A stretch of DNA of 64,000 nt from Candidatus Komeilibacteria bacterium RIFOXYD1_FULL_37_29. Lineage in GTDB: Bacteria > Patescibacteriota > Patescibacteriia > UBA1558 > GWA2-36-10. The DNA lies in assembly GCA_001818495.1 (NCBI GenBank), contig MHKS01000005.1, positions 466,584 through 530,583 of the forward strand. The letters are read 5' to 3'. The notes under the pieces are model-generated. The model was given only the letters and a program-made list of their open reading frames with translations. It was not told the origin of the DNA and did no database searches. Position numbers and translations under genes: made by a program. Positions 7,760-16,244 of this stretch are shown here, in pieces; position 1 is the first letter of the stretch, and each line of letters opens with the position of its first letter.

Positions 7760-10519
7760 TTAGGCACCATGACAACGCTTATACTTTTTGCCAGATCCGC
7801 AATAACAAGGATCATTGCGGCCAATTTTATCGCCCTCTAAGTTTTTTGGTTTGTTGGATTTAATAGGATTATGGCTTTCGCGGTTGGCTACTTGTTTTTG
7901 AAAAGGCTGATAACCCTGTTTTTGTTCTTCAAAAACTTTTTGGCTTTCACCTGGTCTAGGTGCATTATTACTGGCGGCTACAGTGTTTCTTTTTAGGGTA
8001 ATTTTATAAAGAGAATAAACTATATTTTTACGGATAGAATCAATCAGGTTATTAAATAAACCAAAAGCTTCTCTTTTGTATTCCACCAGTGGATCCCTTT
8101 GACCATAACCTTGCAGACCAATACCAGTACGCAATTTGTCCATAGCGGTCAAATGCTCTACCCACAAAGTATCAATACTTTTTAAAACTACGCTACGCTC
8201 AATGACCTGCATCGGTGTCCAAGCTTGGTCATTTACGACCATATTGGCATTGATTTCGTCTCTTAATTTACCATATTTTTCCTGGGCAATAGCAATAACA
8301 TATTCAATCAATTGATCACGATTTTCGTGTGAATTATTTTTACGGAGATTATCAAAAAAATCTTTAATCTTATTTTCCTCAGCAGTTTCTAGTGGAAAAA
8401 TTGATTTTATGGTTTCTAATATTTCCTTGGGGTTAAAATCTGACCGCGACTTATCACCTAAAGTATGAAAAGAAACCACGTTTTCAATTTCTTGACTGAC
8501 ATATTCCAAGACTATATCTTGAGAAGTTTTTTCGCTTTTATGATCTCTGTCAGAAAATATTTCCAAAAGTTGCTGACGAGAATTGTAGATTACCTGACGG
8601 TGTTTGTTGATAATATCATCATATTCAACCAGGTGTTTTCTAATATCAAAGTTGTGGCCCTCTACTTTTTTCTGCGCTGATTCAATAGAATTTGATATGA
8701 TTTTATTTTCTATTGGTATGTCTTCACCCAAACCGAGCTTGTCCATGATATTTTTCATGCGGTCTGATCCAAAGATGCGCATCAAATCATCTTCCATAGA
8801 AATATAAAATTGGGATGATCCAATATCGCCTTGCCGGCCGCTACGACCACGCAACTGATTGTCAATACGACGGGATTCGTGTCGCTCGGTACCCAAGACA
8901 TGTAAGCCTCCTAGTTTGATAACTTCTTCGTACTTTTCCTGATTAAAAGGCGTGCCACCTAAGACAATGTCAACTCCGCGGCCGGCCATATTGGTGGCTA
9001 CAGTGACAGCCCCTTTTCTACCAGCTTGAGCAATAATTTCCGCTTCTTTTTCATGAAATTTGGCGTTTAAAAGTTGATGTGGTATGCCGGCTTTTTCTAG
9101 TAATTGACTTAATTCTTCATTTTTTTCAATGGAAATAGTACCAACCAAAATCGGCTGGCCTTTTTCGTGTCGCTCTTTTATTTCTTTGACAATGGCTTTT
9201 AGTTTTCCGCGATAGTTTTTATAAATACGATCGCGCATATCCTGACGGATAAATGGCTTATTGGTCGGAATAACCGTAACATCCAAATTGTAAATCTTGG
9301 CCATTTCTTCGGCTTCGGTAGCAGCTGTACCGGTCATACCAGCCAGTTTATTATACATACGAAAATAATTTTGAAAAGTGACGGTAGCTAAGGTCATACT
9401 TTCGCGCTGGACTTCGACACCTTCTTTGGCTTCAATAGCTTGGTGCAAACCTTCACTATAGCGACGGCCAGGCATCATGCGACCGGTAAATTCATCAATA
9501 ATAATAACTTCATTATCTTTGATGACATAATCTTTGTCTTTGGTAAATAAAGCCTTGGCTTTTAATGCTGACTCTAAGTGATGAACAGTCTCCATGCCGT
9601 GGCTTTCATAAATATTATCAACACCCAGCATTTTTTCCATTTTAGAAATACCCTGTTCCGTTAGGGTGCAAGCTCTCATTTTTTCATCAATGTTGTAATC
9701 TTCATTTTCTTTGAGAACCTCGACCATCTGAGCAAATTGACCATAACGCTCGGTCGATTGTTCTGCTTGAGCGGAAATTATTAAAGGTGTGCGAGCCTCA
9801 TCAATCAAAACGCTATCAACCTCGTCAATTAAGGCATAGCGCAGACCTCTTTGTACTTGGCGAGTAGCATCTTGCGTCATGTTGTCGCGCAAGTAATCAA
9901 AGCCAAATTCATTGTTGGTACCATAAGTAATATCAGCTTGATAAGCTTCTTTTCGGGGTACTGGTCGCAAATAGTCCATATCTATTTTGACATGCGTATC
10001 GTTTTTATCTGTGATTTGCTTGGAGTCATATAAAAAAGAGCTTTCATGACAAATTACACCGATGCTTAGTCCTAAAAATGAATATATTTGCGACATCCAG
10101 ACAGCATCACGTTTGGCCAAATAATCATTGACAGTAATGACATGGACACCTTGTCCGGCTAAAGCATTGAGATATATTGGTAAGGTAGAGGTCAAAGTTT
10201 TACCTTCACCAGTTTTCATTTCAGCGATTTGTCTTTGGTGAAGCACCATACCGCCCAAAAGCTGAACATCATAGTGCCTTTGGCCTAAAGTGCGCTGAGC
10301 AGCAATTTTTACTAAGGCAAAAGCCGGTACCAGGACATCATCCAATTTGGTACCGTCTTTGATTTGTTGTTGCAAACCTAGACTTTTGGCCTTAAGTTCT
10401 TCGTCATTGAGTTTTAAGAATTCTTGCTCGGTTTCGTTGATACTATCTACCGATGGTTGGAGACTTTTTAAAAATTTGGCATTGGCATCTCCAAAAAGTT
10501 TGTTGATCAGTTTTTGCAT
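7760..10519 (-). CDS. secA: Preprotein translocase ATPase SecA.
   Basis: The N-terminal segment MQKLINKLFG...LLGGMVLHQRQIAEMKTGEGKT, the Walker motifs and the C-terminal zinc finger CYCGSGKKYKRCHGA are all classical SecA. Length is 919 aa. Confidence 0.97.
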   Translation of the reverse strand: MQKLINKLFGDANAKFLKSLQPSVDSINETEQEFLKLNDEELKAKSLGLQQQIKDGTKLDDVLVPAFALVKIAAQRTLGQRHYDVQLLGGMVLHQRQIAEMKTGEGKTLTSTLPIYLNALAGQGVHVITVNDYLAKRDAVWMSQIYSFLGLSIGVICHESSFLYDSKQITDKNDTHVKIDMDYLRPVPRKEAYQADITYGTNNEFGFDYLRDNMTQDATRQVQRGLRYALIDEVDSVLIDEARTPLIISAQAEQSTERYGQFAQMVEVLKENEDYNIDEKMRACTLTEQGISKMEKMLGVDNIYESHGMETVHHLESALKAKALFTKDKDYVIKDNEVIIIDEFTGRMMPGRRYSEGLHQAIEAKEGVEVQRESMTLATVTFQNYFRMYNKLAGMTGTAATEAEEMAKIYNLDVTVIPTNKPFIRQDMRDRIYKNYRGKLKAIVKEIKERHEKGQPILVGTISIEKNEELSQLLEKAGIPHQLLNAKFHEKEAEIIAQAGRKGAVTVATNMAGRGVDIVLGGTPFNQEKYEEVIKLGGLHVLGTERHESRRIDNQLRGRSGRQGDIGSSQFYISMEDDLMRIFGSDRMKNIMDKLGLGEDIPIENKIISNSIESAQKKVEGHNFDIRKHLVEYDDIINKHRQVIYNSRQQLLEIFSDRDHKSEKTSQDIVLEYVSQEIENVVSFHTLGDKSRSDFNPKEILETIKSIFPLETAEENKIKDFFDNLRKNNSHENRDQLIEYVIAIAQEKYGKLRDEINANMVVNDQAWTPMQVIERSVVLKSIDTLWVEHLTAMDKLRTGIGLQGYGQRDPLVEYKREAFGLFNNLIDSIRKNIVYSLYKITLKRNTVAASNNAPRPGESQKVFEEQKQGYQPFQKQVANRESHNPIKSNKPKNLEGDKIGRNDPCYCGSGKKYKRCHGA

Positions 10520-10520
10520 A

Positions 10521-10883
10521 CTAATAGTCTTTCTTTCCCCAGAATTTCAAGTTCTTGAATCTTTTAATATTTTTTCTTAATTTTCCGATTCTTTGATCTT
10601 TATTTTTGATAATTAACCTGGCTAGTTTTTCTTGTAGGTTATCGACAGCCGCTCTGGCGTCACTAGATTCTTCTTTGGCAAAAACTGGTTCTTTATTGGC
10701 TAAAGATAATTTTGCTTCAATCGTATAGACCTCGCCTTTTTGATGTCTTTGATCACGAATTAGCTTTATTTGACAATCGGCAACCCCCAGTTGATACTTA
10801 TCCAAAGCATCAAAACGAGTTTGTAGGTATTCTTTAAAAGGATCTGTCAGGTCAAAATTTTGATTATAGATTTGAATTTTCAT
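10521..10883 (-). CDS. hpf: Ribosome hibernation-promoting factor (HPF/RaiA family).
   Basis: MKIQIYNQNFDLTDPFKEYLQTRFDALDKY is the RaiA fold signature. Its position directly upstream of secA matches the conserved yvyD-secA synteny. Confidence 0.75.
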   Translation of the reverse strand: MKIQIYNQNFDLTDPFKEYLQTRFDALDKYQLGVADCQIKLIRDQRHQKGEVYTIEAKLSLANKEPVFAKEESSDARAAVDNLQEKLARLIIKNKDQRIGKLRKNIKRFKNLKFWGKKDY

Positions 10884-10885
10884 AG

Positions 10886-11101
10886 TTATTGATTCTCCTG
10901 AATGTTGTTTTCATAAGCCTTCATGGCACGTTTTTCCAATACTTTTTTAATGACTAGCACAATAATCAAAAATACTGCTCCACCAGCTAGCATTAAAAAA
11001 GTTTTATCCTGCCAAAATGGTGGTACTGGAGCGGTGCTAACTTCTTGAGCCTGAGCGGTTGATGCTAATAATAGTAAGCTAAAAATAAGAGCTTGTTTCA
11101 T
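10886..11101 (-). CDS. Small secreted or membrane protein with a signal peptide and one TM helix.
   Basis: The N-terminus MKQALIFSLLLLASTAQA-QEV looks like a Sec signal peptide. A hydrophobic helix LMLAGGAVFLIIVLVI follows. Confidence 0.4.
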   Translation of the reverse strand: MKQALIFSLLLLASTAQAQEVSTAPVPPFWQDKTFLMLAGGAVFLIIVLVIKKVLEKRAMKAYENNIQENQ

Positions 11102-11157
11102 AATTTTATTTTAATAATTTATAATTTAAATGTAGCAAATTTAAGGCCGGCTAGCAA

Positions 11158-12921
11158 TTATTCCAAAACTGCTTTGATCCGTCTGATGCCAGCTGAAGAA
11201 GATTGTTCCTTTTTGATGCTAAAATGACCAAGTTCACTAGTATTTTTAACATGAGGGCCACCACAAATTTCCTGTGAGTAGTTGCCCATTTTATATACTT
11301 TTACTTTTTCACCATACTTTTGTTCAAACAGTCCAATCGCCCCTTGCTTTTTGGCCTCTTCGACAGACATTTCTTGATAGCTAACCGGTAGCTGGGCCAC
11401 AATTTGCTGATTGACAATATCTTCTACTTTTTTTATTTGTTCGTTGGTCATGGGATCAGGATGGACAAAATCAAAACGCAAGCGTTCCTCATTGATATTA
11501 CTACCGCGTTGTTCAACGTGCTGGCCCAAGACATCTCGTAAGGCTTGATGAAGCAGATGCGTAGCGGTGTGATATTTGGTAGCCATGACGCCATCATCAG
11601 CTAGACCACCTTTAAACATACCGGCACTGGCAGTAGTTGATAAATTAGCATGTTGAACTGTGTATTCAAGAAATTCTTGTTTTTCTTTATTACCAAAATT
11701 TAAATTTCTACTTTTAACCTCTTCTTCAATCATTTCTATTGGGAAACCGTAGGTACTATAAAGCATAAAAGCATCTTTACCAGATTTTGGCGGATTTTTG
11801 TCAAATACCTTTAATCCTTTATCTAAAGTTTTAGAAAATTTTTCTTCTTCTTTAGCTAGCTCAGAAAATATAAATTTTTCATTTCTCTCTAACTCTGGAT
11901 AAGCTAGAGCATACCAAGAAGCAATTAGATTGCCTAAACTAGCCATAAAATATTCTTTAATACCCAATAATCTAGCAAATCTAATAGCCCTCCTAATTAA
12001 TCTACGTAAAACATAGCCTTGGTCTTTATTAGACGGAGCAATACCATGACTATCGCCTAGTATAAAGACAGCGCTTCTAATATGATCAGCGATTATTCTA
12101 AAAGATTTTTTATCCTCTTCGTATTTTTTACCAGAGATATTTTCCAGTTGTTTGATGATTGGCTGAAATAATTCTGTTTTATAATTATCATCGTAGCCAT
12201 TTAAAACAGCCAGGGTTCGCTCTAGACCCATGCCAGTATCAATATTTTTTTGTTTTAAAGGTTGGTATTTACCATCAGCAGTTTTATCAAACTCCATAAT
12301 GACATTATTCCAAATTTCTACCCAGTGCTTATCTGTTTCCTCAAATTTTTTAGGGGCTTTGCCTGGGCCAGTCCAGTAAAATATCTCTGTATCAGGACCA
12401 CAAGGACCACTTTGGCCAGCTGGACCCCACCAATTGTCTTTTATTTTTTCTATCCGTTCTTTAGAAACGCCCAAAGATAACCAGATCTTTTCTGACTCCT
12501 CATCATAAGCAGGCACATCCTTGTTTCCGGCAAAAATAGATACCGCCAATTTATCTTTTTCTAATTTTAAAATTTTAGTCAAAAAATCCCAAGAATATTC
12601 AATCGCTTCTTTTTTAAAATAATCACCCAGCGACCAGTTACCGAGCATTTCAAAAAAAGTATGATGGGTAGCATCACCCACTTCATCAATATCACCGGTG
12701 CGCAGACATTTTTGTACGCTAATTAAACACTGACCCTCTGGATGTTTCTCACCTATAAGATAAGGAACCAAAGGGTGCATACCTGCTGTAGTAAAAAGTA
12801 CGGTCGGATCATTTTCCGGAATCAAAGAAGCTGAGCTGATCAAATGATGCTCTTTGCCTTGAAAGTATTGAAAAAATTTGTTTTTTAACTTTTTAGCAGT
12901 CCATTTATTGGAAAATATCAT
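11158..12921 (-). CDS. alaS: Alanyl-tRNA synthetase, a short form that ends right after the editing domain and lacks the C-Ala domain.
   Basis: WTAKKLKNKFFQYFQGKEHHLISSASLIPENDPTVLFTTAGM is the AlaRS N-terminus. The editing motifs HxxxH and CGGPHV sit near the C-terminus. The ORF track extends to 13005, but the likely true start is the Met at 12921 (MIFSNKW...). Confidence 0.88.
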   Translation of the reverse strand: MIFSNKWTAKKLKNKFFQYFQGKEHHLISSASLIPENDPTVLFTTAGMHPLVPYLIGEKHPEGQCLISVQKCLRTGDIDEVGDATHHTFFEMLGNWSLGDYFKKEAIEYSWDFLTKILKLEKDKLAVSIFAGNKDVPAYDEESEKIWLSLGVSKERIEKIKDNWWGPAGQSGPCGPDTEIFYWTGPGKAPKKFEETDKHWVEIWNNVIMEFDKTADGKYQPLKQKNIDTGMGLERTLAVLNGYDDNYKTELFQPIIKQLENISGKKYEEDKKSFRIIADHIRSAVFILGDSHGIAPSNKDQGYVLRRLIRRAIRFARLLGIKEYFMASLGNLIASWYALAYPELERNEKFIFSELAKEEEKFSKTLDKGLKVFDKNPPKSGKDAFMLYSTYGFPIEMIEEEVKSRNLNFGNKEKQEFLEYTVQHANLSTTASAGMFKGGLADDGVMATKYHTATHLLHQALRDVLGQHVEQRGSNINEERLRFDFVHPDPMTNEQIKKVEDIVNQQIVAQLPVSYQEMSVEEAKKQGAIGLFEQKYGEKVKVYKMGNYSQEICGGPHVKNTSELGHFSIKKEQSSSAGIRRIKAVLE

Positions 12922-13363
12922 AAAAATAGAGATAATTTTAGCTAAATTCCTATAAATCTTAGTAAATTTGGCCAAAAAAGTCAATATTTTATAAAAATAT
13001 ACCATAAATTAAAGACCCGATTCCTAAGAACCGGGTCCTATGAAACTGGCTGATAATGCCACACTATGCTTGGTCATTACTGACCACCGACAGGGAATCC
13101 CCTCTACCGAGCGCATTTACTGCGCAAAACGCTAAAAAGCAACTACGAAAAGTAACACAGTGTTACAAAACCAGCCATGACAGCCACCATAAATACTAGG
13201 ATCACCCCAGACGGTTATTTTGTCCAATCCTGGACAGCCGGTTGCGGGAAGGCCCACAAAACCTGGTTTGATAAATCCGTGAGGAAAGTTTTGAGTATCA
13301 CTAGTATTTGTGATGATTTTTATAGAACAAGAGCCAAGGCCCTTATTGATGTAAAGTTATACT

Positions 13364-13389
13364 AAAAAAACATCCTTGTCAATAAGGAT
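13364..13389 (-). terminator. Rho-independent terminator downstream of the 131-aa gene.
   Basis: On the minus strand ATCCTTATTGACAAGGAT forms a 6-bp stem and is followed by GTTTTTTT. Confidence 0.55.
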
Positions 13390-13412
13390 ATTTATAAATT
13401 ATGCACAAGAAT

Positions 13413-13808
13413 TTAAAGACAATTTTTAGCGTTTAAAAAATCTGATAAAGAAGGTGTGGCTCCATTGGCTATCTCAGTGGCTCTGTCCTTGCCTAAGGTA
13501 ACTATAAAACAATTAGTCATTTCTGGTGTTATCTCAGTCGGTAAGCTAGCGACATTGACTCCCATTTCATAAATAGCTTTTTCCTGAGTATCGGGAATTA
13601 AAGGGTGATTGTACTCTACATCTTCGTAAGGAACCATTTCATCTTTGGGAATGGCTTGATAACCATCAATATTTTTAGTCAGGTAAATATTAATAGCCCG
13701 AGATACTAATTTGTCTCTATAACCGCCGGGATTAAAAAATACAATTATAATTATTCCGACAATAAATAAAAGTATAACCAAAGATAACCATTGTAATATT
13801 TTTTTCAT
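13413..13808 (-). CDS. Hypothetical protein anchored in the membrane by an N-terminal helix.
   Basis: MKKILQWLSLVILLFIVGIIIIVFF is an N-terminal TM helix. No catalytic motif is seen. Confidence 0.45.
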   Translation of the reverse strand: MKKILQWLSLVILLFIVGIIIIVFFNPGGYRDKLVSRAINIYLTKNIDGYQAIPKDEMVPYEDVEYNHPLIPDTQEKAIYEMGVNVASLPTEITPEMTNCFIVTLGKDRATEIANGATPSLSDFLNAKNCL

Positions 13809-13812
13809 GACC

Positions 13813-14016
13813 TTATAATAAACCAGAGTAACTCGCTGTCATAGTATCAATCATACTAGGCAAGATAAACATCAAAATAATTAGTGGAATAACAAACAAT
13901 AATAAACTGATAATCATACTCCACTTAAAGATGTTTTTGGCAGTTACTAGAGTCTTGTGAATATCGTTGATTTTAAGCTCCAGCTCCTCTATTTTTTTGG
14001 CTAATTCTTGATCCAT
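13813..14016 (-). CDS. Small 67-aa membrane protein with one TM helix.
   Basis: Charged N-terminus followed by the helix MIISLLLFVIPLIILMFIL. Confidence 0.35.
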   Translation of the reverse strand: MDQELAKKIEELELKINDIHKTLVTAKNIFKWSMIISLLLFVIPLIILMFILPSMIDTMTASYSGLL

Positions 14017-14084
14017 AAGACTATTATAGCAAAAATCAAAATTTTTGAGTAGCTATTAAAAAAAATTTAAAGTATAATAACTTT

Positions 14085-14588
14085 ATGAGAGTACCAATTA
14101 GAAAAGCTGGACAATATACTTATATTAAATCTGATCCTCTGATGACTGAGGCTAAATTGACTGAACTTAAAAACCAGCTAAAAAAATTAAAAGAAATAAT
14201 TCAGCCCGAGCTAGCCAAAGAAGTTAAAAGATTGGCTTTGATGGGTGATTTTTCAGAAAATGCCGCCTACCAAATAGCTAAGGGTCGTTTGCGTGGAGCT
14301 AATGAAAAAATAGATAAAATTACTAAACAAATCGCTGAGGCCAAAATTATTAATCCTAGTAAAACTATTCATGAAATTGAGATTGGTCATCTAGTGACTA
14401 TTATTTCTAGTAAGCAAACAAAAAAGTATCGATTACTAGGATCATCAGAAACAAACCCCGCTCAAGGAGCTATTTCCTACCAGTCTCCCTTGGGTTCGGC
14501 TTTGCTAAATAAAAAAGTAGGCGAAATTGCTCAAGTAAAAATCGACGGACAAGTGACTGAATACAAAATAATAGCGATAGAATATTGA
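14085..14588 (+). CDS. GreA-like transcription elongation factor, a divergent paralog. The true start may be the Met at 14142.
   Basis: GDFSENAAYQIAKGRLRGANEKIDKITKQIAEAKII fits the GreA coiled-coil signature. The C-terminal FKBP-like domain is present. Confidence 0.7.
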   Translation: MRVPIRKAGQYTYIKSDPLMTEAKLTELKNQLKKLKEIIQPELAKEVKRLALMGDFSENAAYQIAKGRLRGANEKIDKITKQIAEAKIINPSKTIHEIEIGHLVTIISSKQTKKYRLLGSSETNPAQGAISYQSPLGSALLNKKVGEIAQVKIDGQVTEYKIIAIEY

Positions 14589-14679
14589 GTTTGACCAATA
14601 ATTATACTTGTGTTTAGATATATTAGTATAAAGAACCTTCCACTAACCATCAACTAAAAACACAACAGGAGAGTGTTTT

Positions 14680-15114
14680 ATGAGTACTATGCGTCGTTCT
14701 TTGGCTGACGTTTCTTCCCTGGGGAGCTCCATACGTCATGATGGCATGATTCTAACACTGGTCATCATTTATGTGGGGATCTGCCTTATTTATCTTAGTG
14801 CCAACTTTGGCACGGAAATGGGCTGGATGATCAGATTACTTCCAGAAATCATGCTCTTGGCCGTTGGTGTGCTGGCTCTAGTCAGTAAAATCACTGATCC
14901 AATTGTTAGGGCACTCTTTCCCTGGCCACAACTTGGTCGCGGAAAGACAAGGATCATGCAGGTTTCGTGGATCTCTGAAGCTATGCTGATCAGGGGATAT
15001 CGGCCACTCTATCTTCTGCTGTCTCTCAATCCGTTCAATTGGTATTTTTGGAAAATCAATGAAAGCCGGTACTTGTACAACAAGCGCCGCGCGGCCAAAA
15101 AACAGGCCAAATAA
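14680..15114 (+). CDS. GC-anomalous (about 47% GC) polytopic membrane protein of 144 aa; hypothetical and probably acquired horizontally.
   Basis: Good RBS aggagag 8 nt upstream of the ATG. The protein has three hydrophobic helices. Its GC is far above that of its neighbours. Confidence 0.5.
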   Translation: MSTMRRSLADVSSLGSSIRHDGMILTLVIIYVGICLIYLSANFGTEMGWMIRLLPEIMLLAVGVLALVSKITDPIVRALFPWPQLGRGKTRIMQVSWISEAMLIRGYRPLYLLLSLNPFNWYFWKINESRYLYNKRRAAKKQAK

Positions 15115-15140
15115 AACTGATTGAAAATCACAATCTATCA

Positions 15141-15180
15141 AAAAATAGACCGAGCACTCTCGGTCTATTAAAATATTTTT
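15141..15180. terminator. Bidirectional terminator between the plus-strand GC-rich ORF and mnmA.
   Basis: atagaccgag-CACT-ctcggtctat forms a 10-bp stem. T-tracts follow on the minus strand and A-tracts flank it on the plus strand. Confidence 0.6.
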
Positions 15181-16232
15181 TATATTATGGTAGCACTAGC
15201 TACTAATTCGTTTTTAATATAAATAGCTAAGGTTTGTCCACTGGCCACACCCTGCTGGGCTTTTTTAAACTCAGCTTTGTCTGGATATAAAGTCAGGTTT
15301 TGGGCTGGCTGCCGATAGCGAATTTGCCCTTGAGCTTTTAAGGGTAACTGATATTTTTTACCCAGCCAATGGAGTTCTGAAATCTGCACACTTTTGTTGT
15401 ACAGTTTTTCATCATCAATGTGTCCGACTATTAATTGGTTATTTTTTATATCCTTGGCTACTACATACCAAGGTCCACTACCACCAATATCCAAGCCCTT
15501 CCTCTGACCAATGGTATAATACCAAACTCCTTCGTGTGTACCGAGCTTATGTCCTTTGGTATCAACTATATCCCCTACCTGTGGTTTTATTTTTTGTGAT
15601 AGAAAAGTTTTAAGATCTATTTTACCAATAAAACAAATGCCCTGACTGTCTTTTCGGTCAGCGTTGGGTAATTTGGCCTGTTTGGCCAAAAGACGGGCTT
15701 GGGTTTTTAACAAATGTCCCACTGGAAAAAGAGCTTTGGATAATTGAGTTTGATTTAAACCAGCTAAAAAATAAGACTGGTCTTTGCTGGGGTCTTTACC
15801 ACGGCAGAGCTGATAAAAATCTTTGGTCTTTTTAATTTGAGCGTAGTGTCCGGTAGCTATTTTATCAAAACCCATTTTAATAGCCTGGTCTAAAAATAAT
15901 TTAAATTTTATTTCGTTGTTACACAAAACATCGGGATTGGGTGTCAGCCCTGCTTGGTAGGCCTCGAAAATATAGCTGACTATTTTTTTATAATATTCAT
16001 TTTCAAAATCAAAGGTTTGGATGGGCACTTTAAGATGCGCTGCTACCCGATAGGCCATCAGCCGATCTTCTTTCCAAGGACACTCGCCTTTGATATTTAT
16101 TTTTTCAGAAAAATTCTTCATAAAAGCCGCTTCCACAGTATAACCAGCTTTTTTGAGTAAAAACAAAGTCACGGCAGAATCAACTCCGCCGGACAAGGCT
16201 ACTAAGACTCTTTCTTTAGCTTTTTTAGGCAT
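15180..16232 (-). CDS. mnmA: tRNA-specific 2-thiouridylase MnmA.
   Basis: The PP-loop VLVALSGGVDSAV is present. Overall the 350-aa protein reads as MnmA. Confidence 0.9.
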   Translation of the reverse strand: MPKKAKERVLVALSGGVDSAVTLFLLKKAGYTVEAAFMKNFSEKINIKGECPWKEDRLMAYRVAAHLKVPIQTFDFENEYYKKIVSYIFEAYQAGLTPNPDVLCNNEIKFKLFLDQAIKMGFDKIATGHYAQIKKTKDFYQLCRGKDPSKDQSYFLAGLNQTQLSKALFPVGHLLKTQARLLAKQAKLPNADRKDSQGICFIGKIDLKTFLSQKIKPQVGDIVDTKGHKLGTHEGVWYYTIGQRKGLDIGGSGPWYVVAKDIKNNQLIVGHIDDEKLYNKSVQISELHWLGKKYQLPLKAQGQIRYRQPAQNLTLYPDKAEFKKAQQGVASGQTLAIYIKNELVASATII

Positions 16233-16244
16233 TAAGTCACTCTA

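Noticed and set aside
10521-10883. hpf-secA adjacency as something unusual
   Set aside because: This is a known conserved synteny (yvyD-secA) in several bacterial phyla. It is noted as supporting evidence only.
13006-13363. tmRNA (ssrA) hypothesis for the GC-rich ORF-free segment
   Set aside because: No GGGG...TTCGA 5' end was seen. No T-arm plus GCCACCA 3' end was found in either orientation. The only candidate tag frame on the minus strand, ending in VVAF followed by a stop, is a 20-aa hydrophobic peptide and not an AANDENYALAA-like tag. The region is kept only as an unclassified candidate.
13006-13363. T-box leader or SRP RNA in the same segment
   Set aside because: No AAnnGGGTGGnACCGCG T-box sequence and no GGAAGGAAGCAGCC SRP domain-IV motif was found on either strand. 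The segment is also separated from the alaS start by an AT-rich stretch of about 90 nt.
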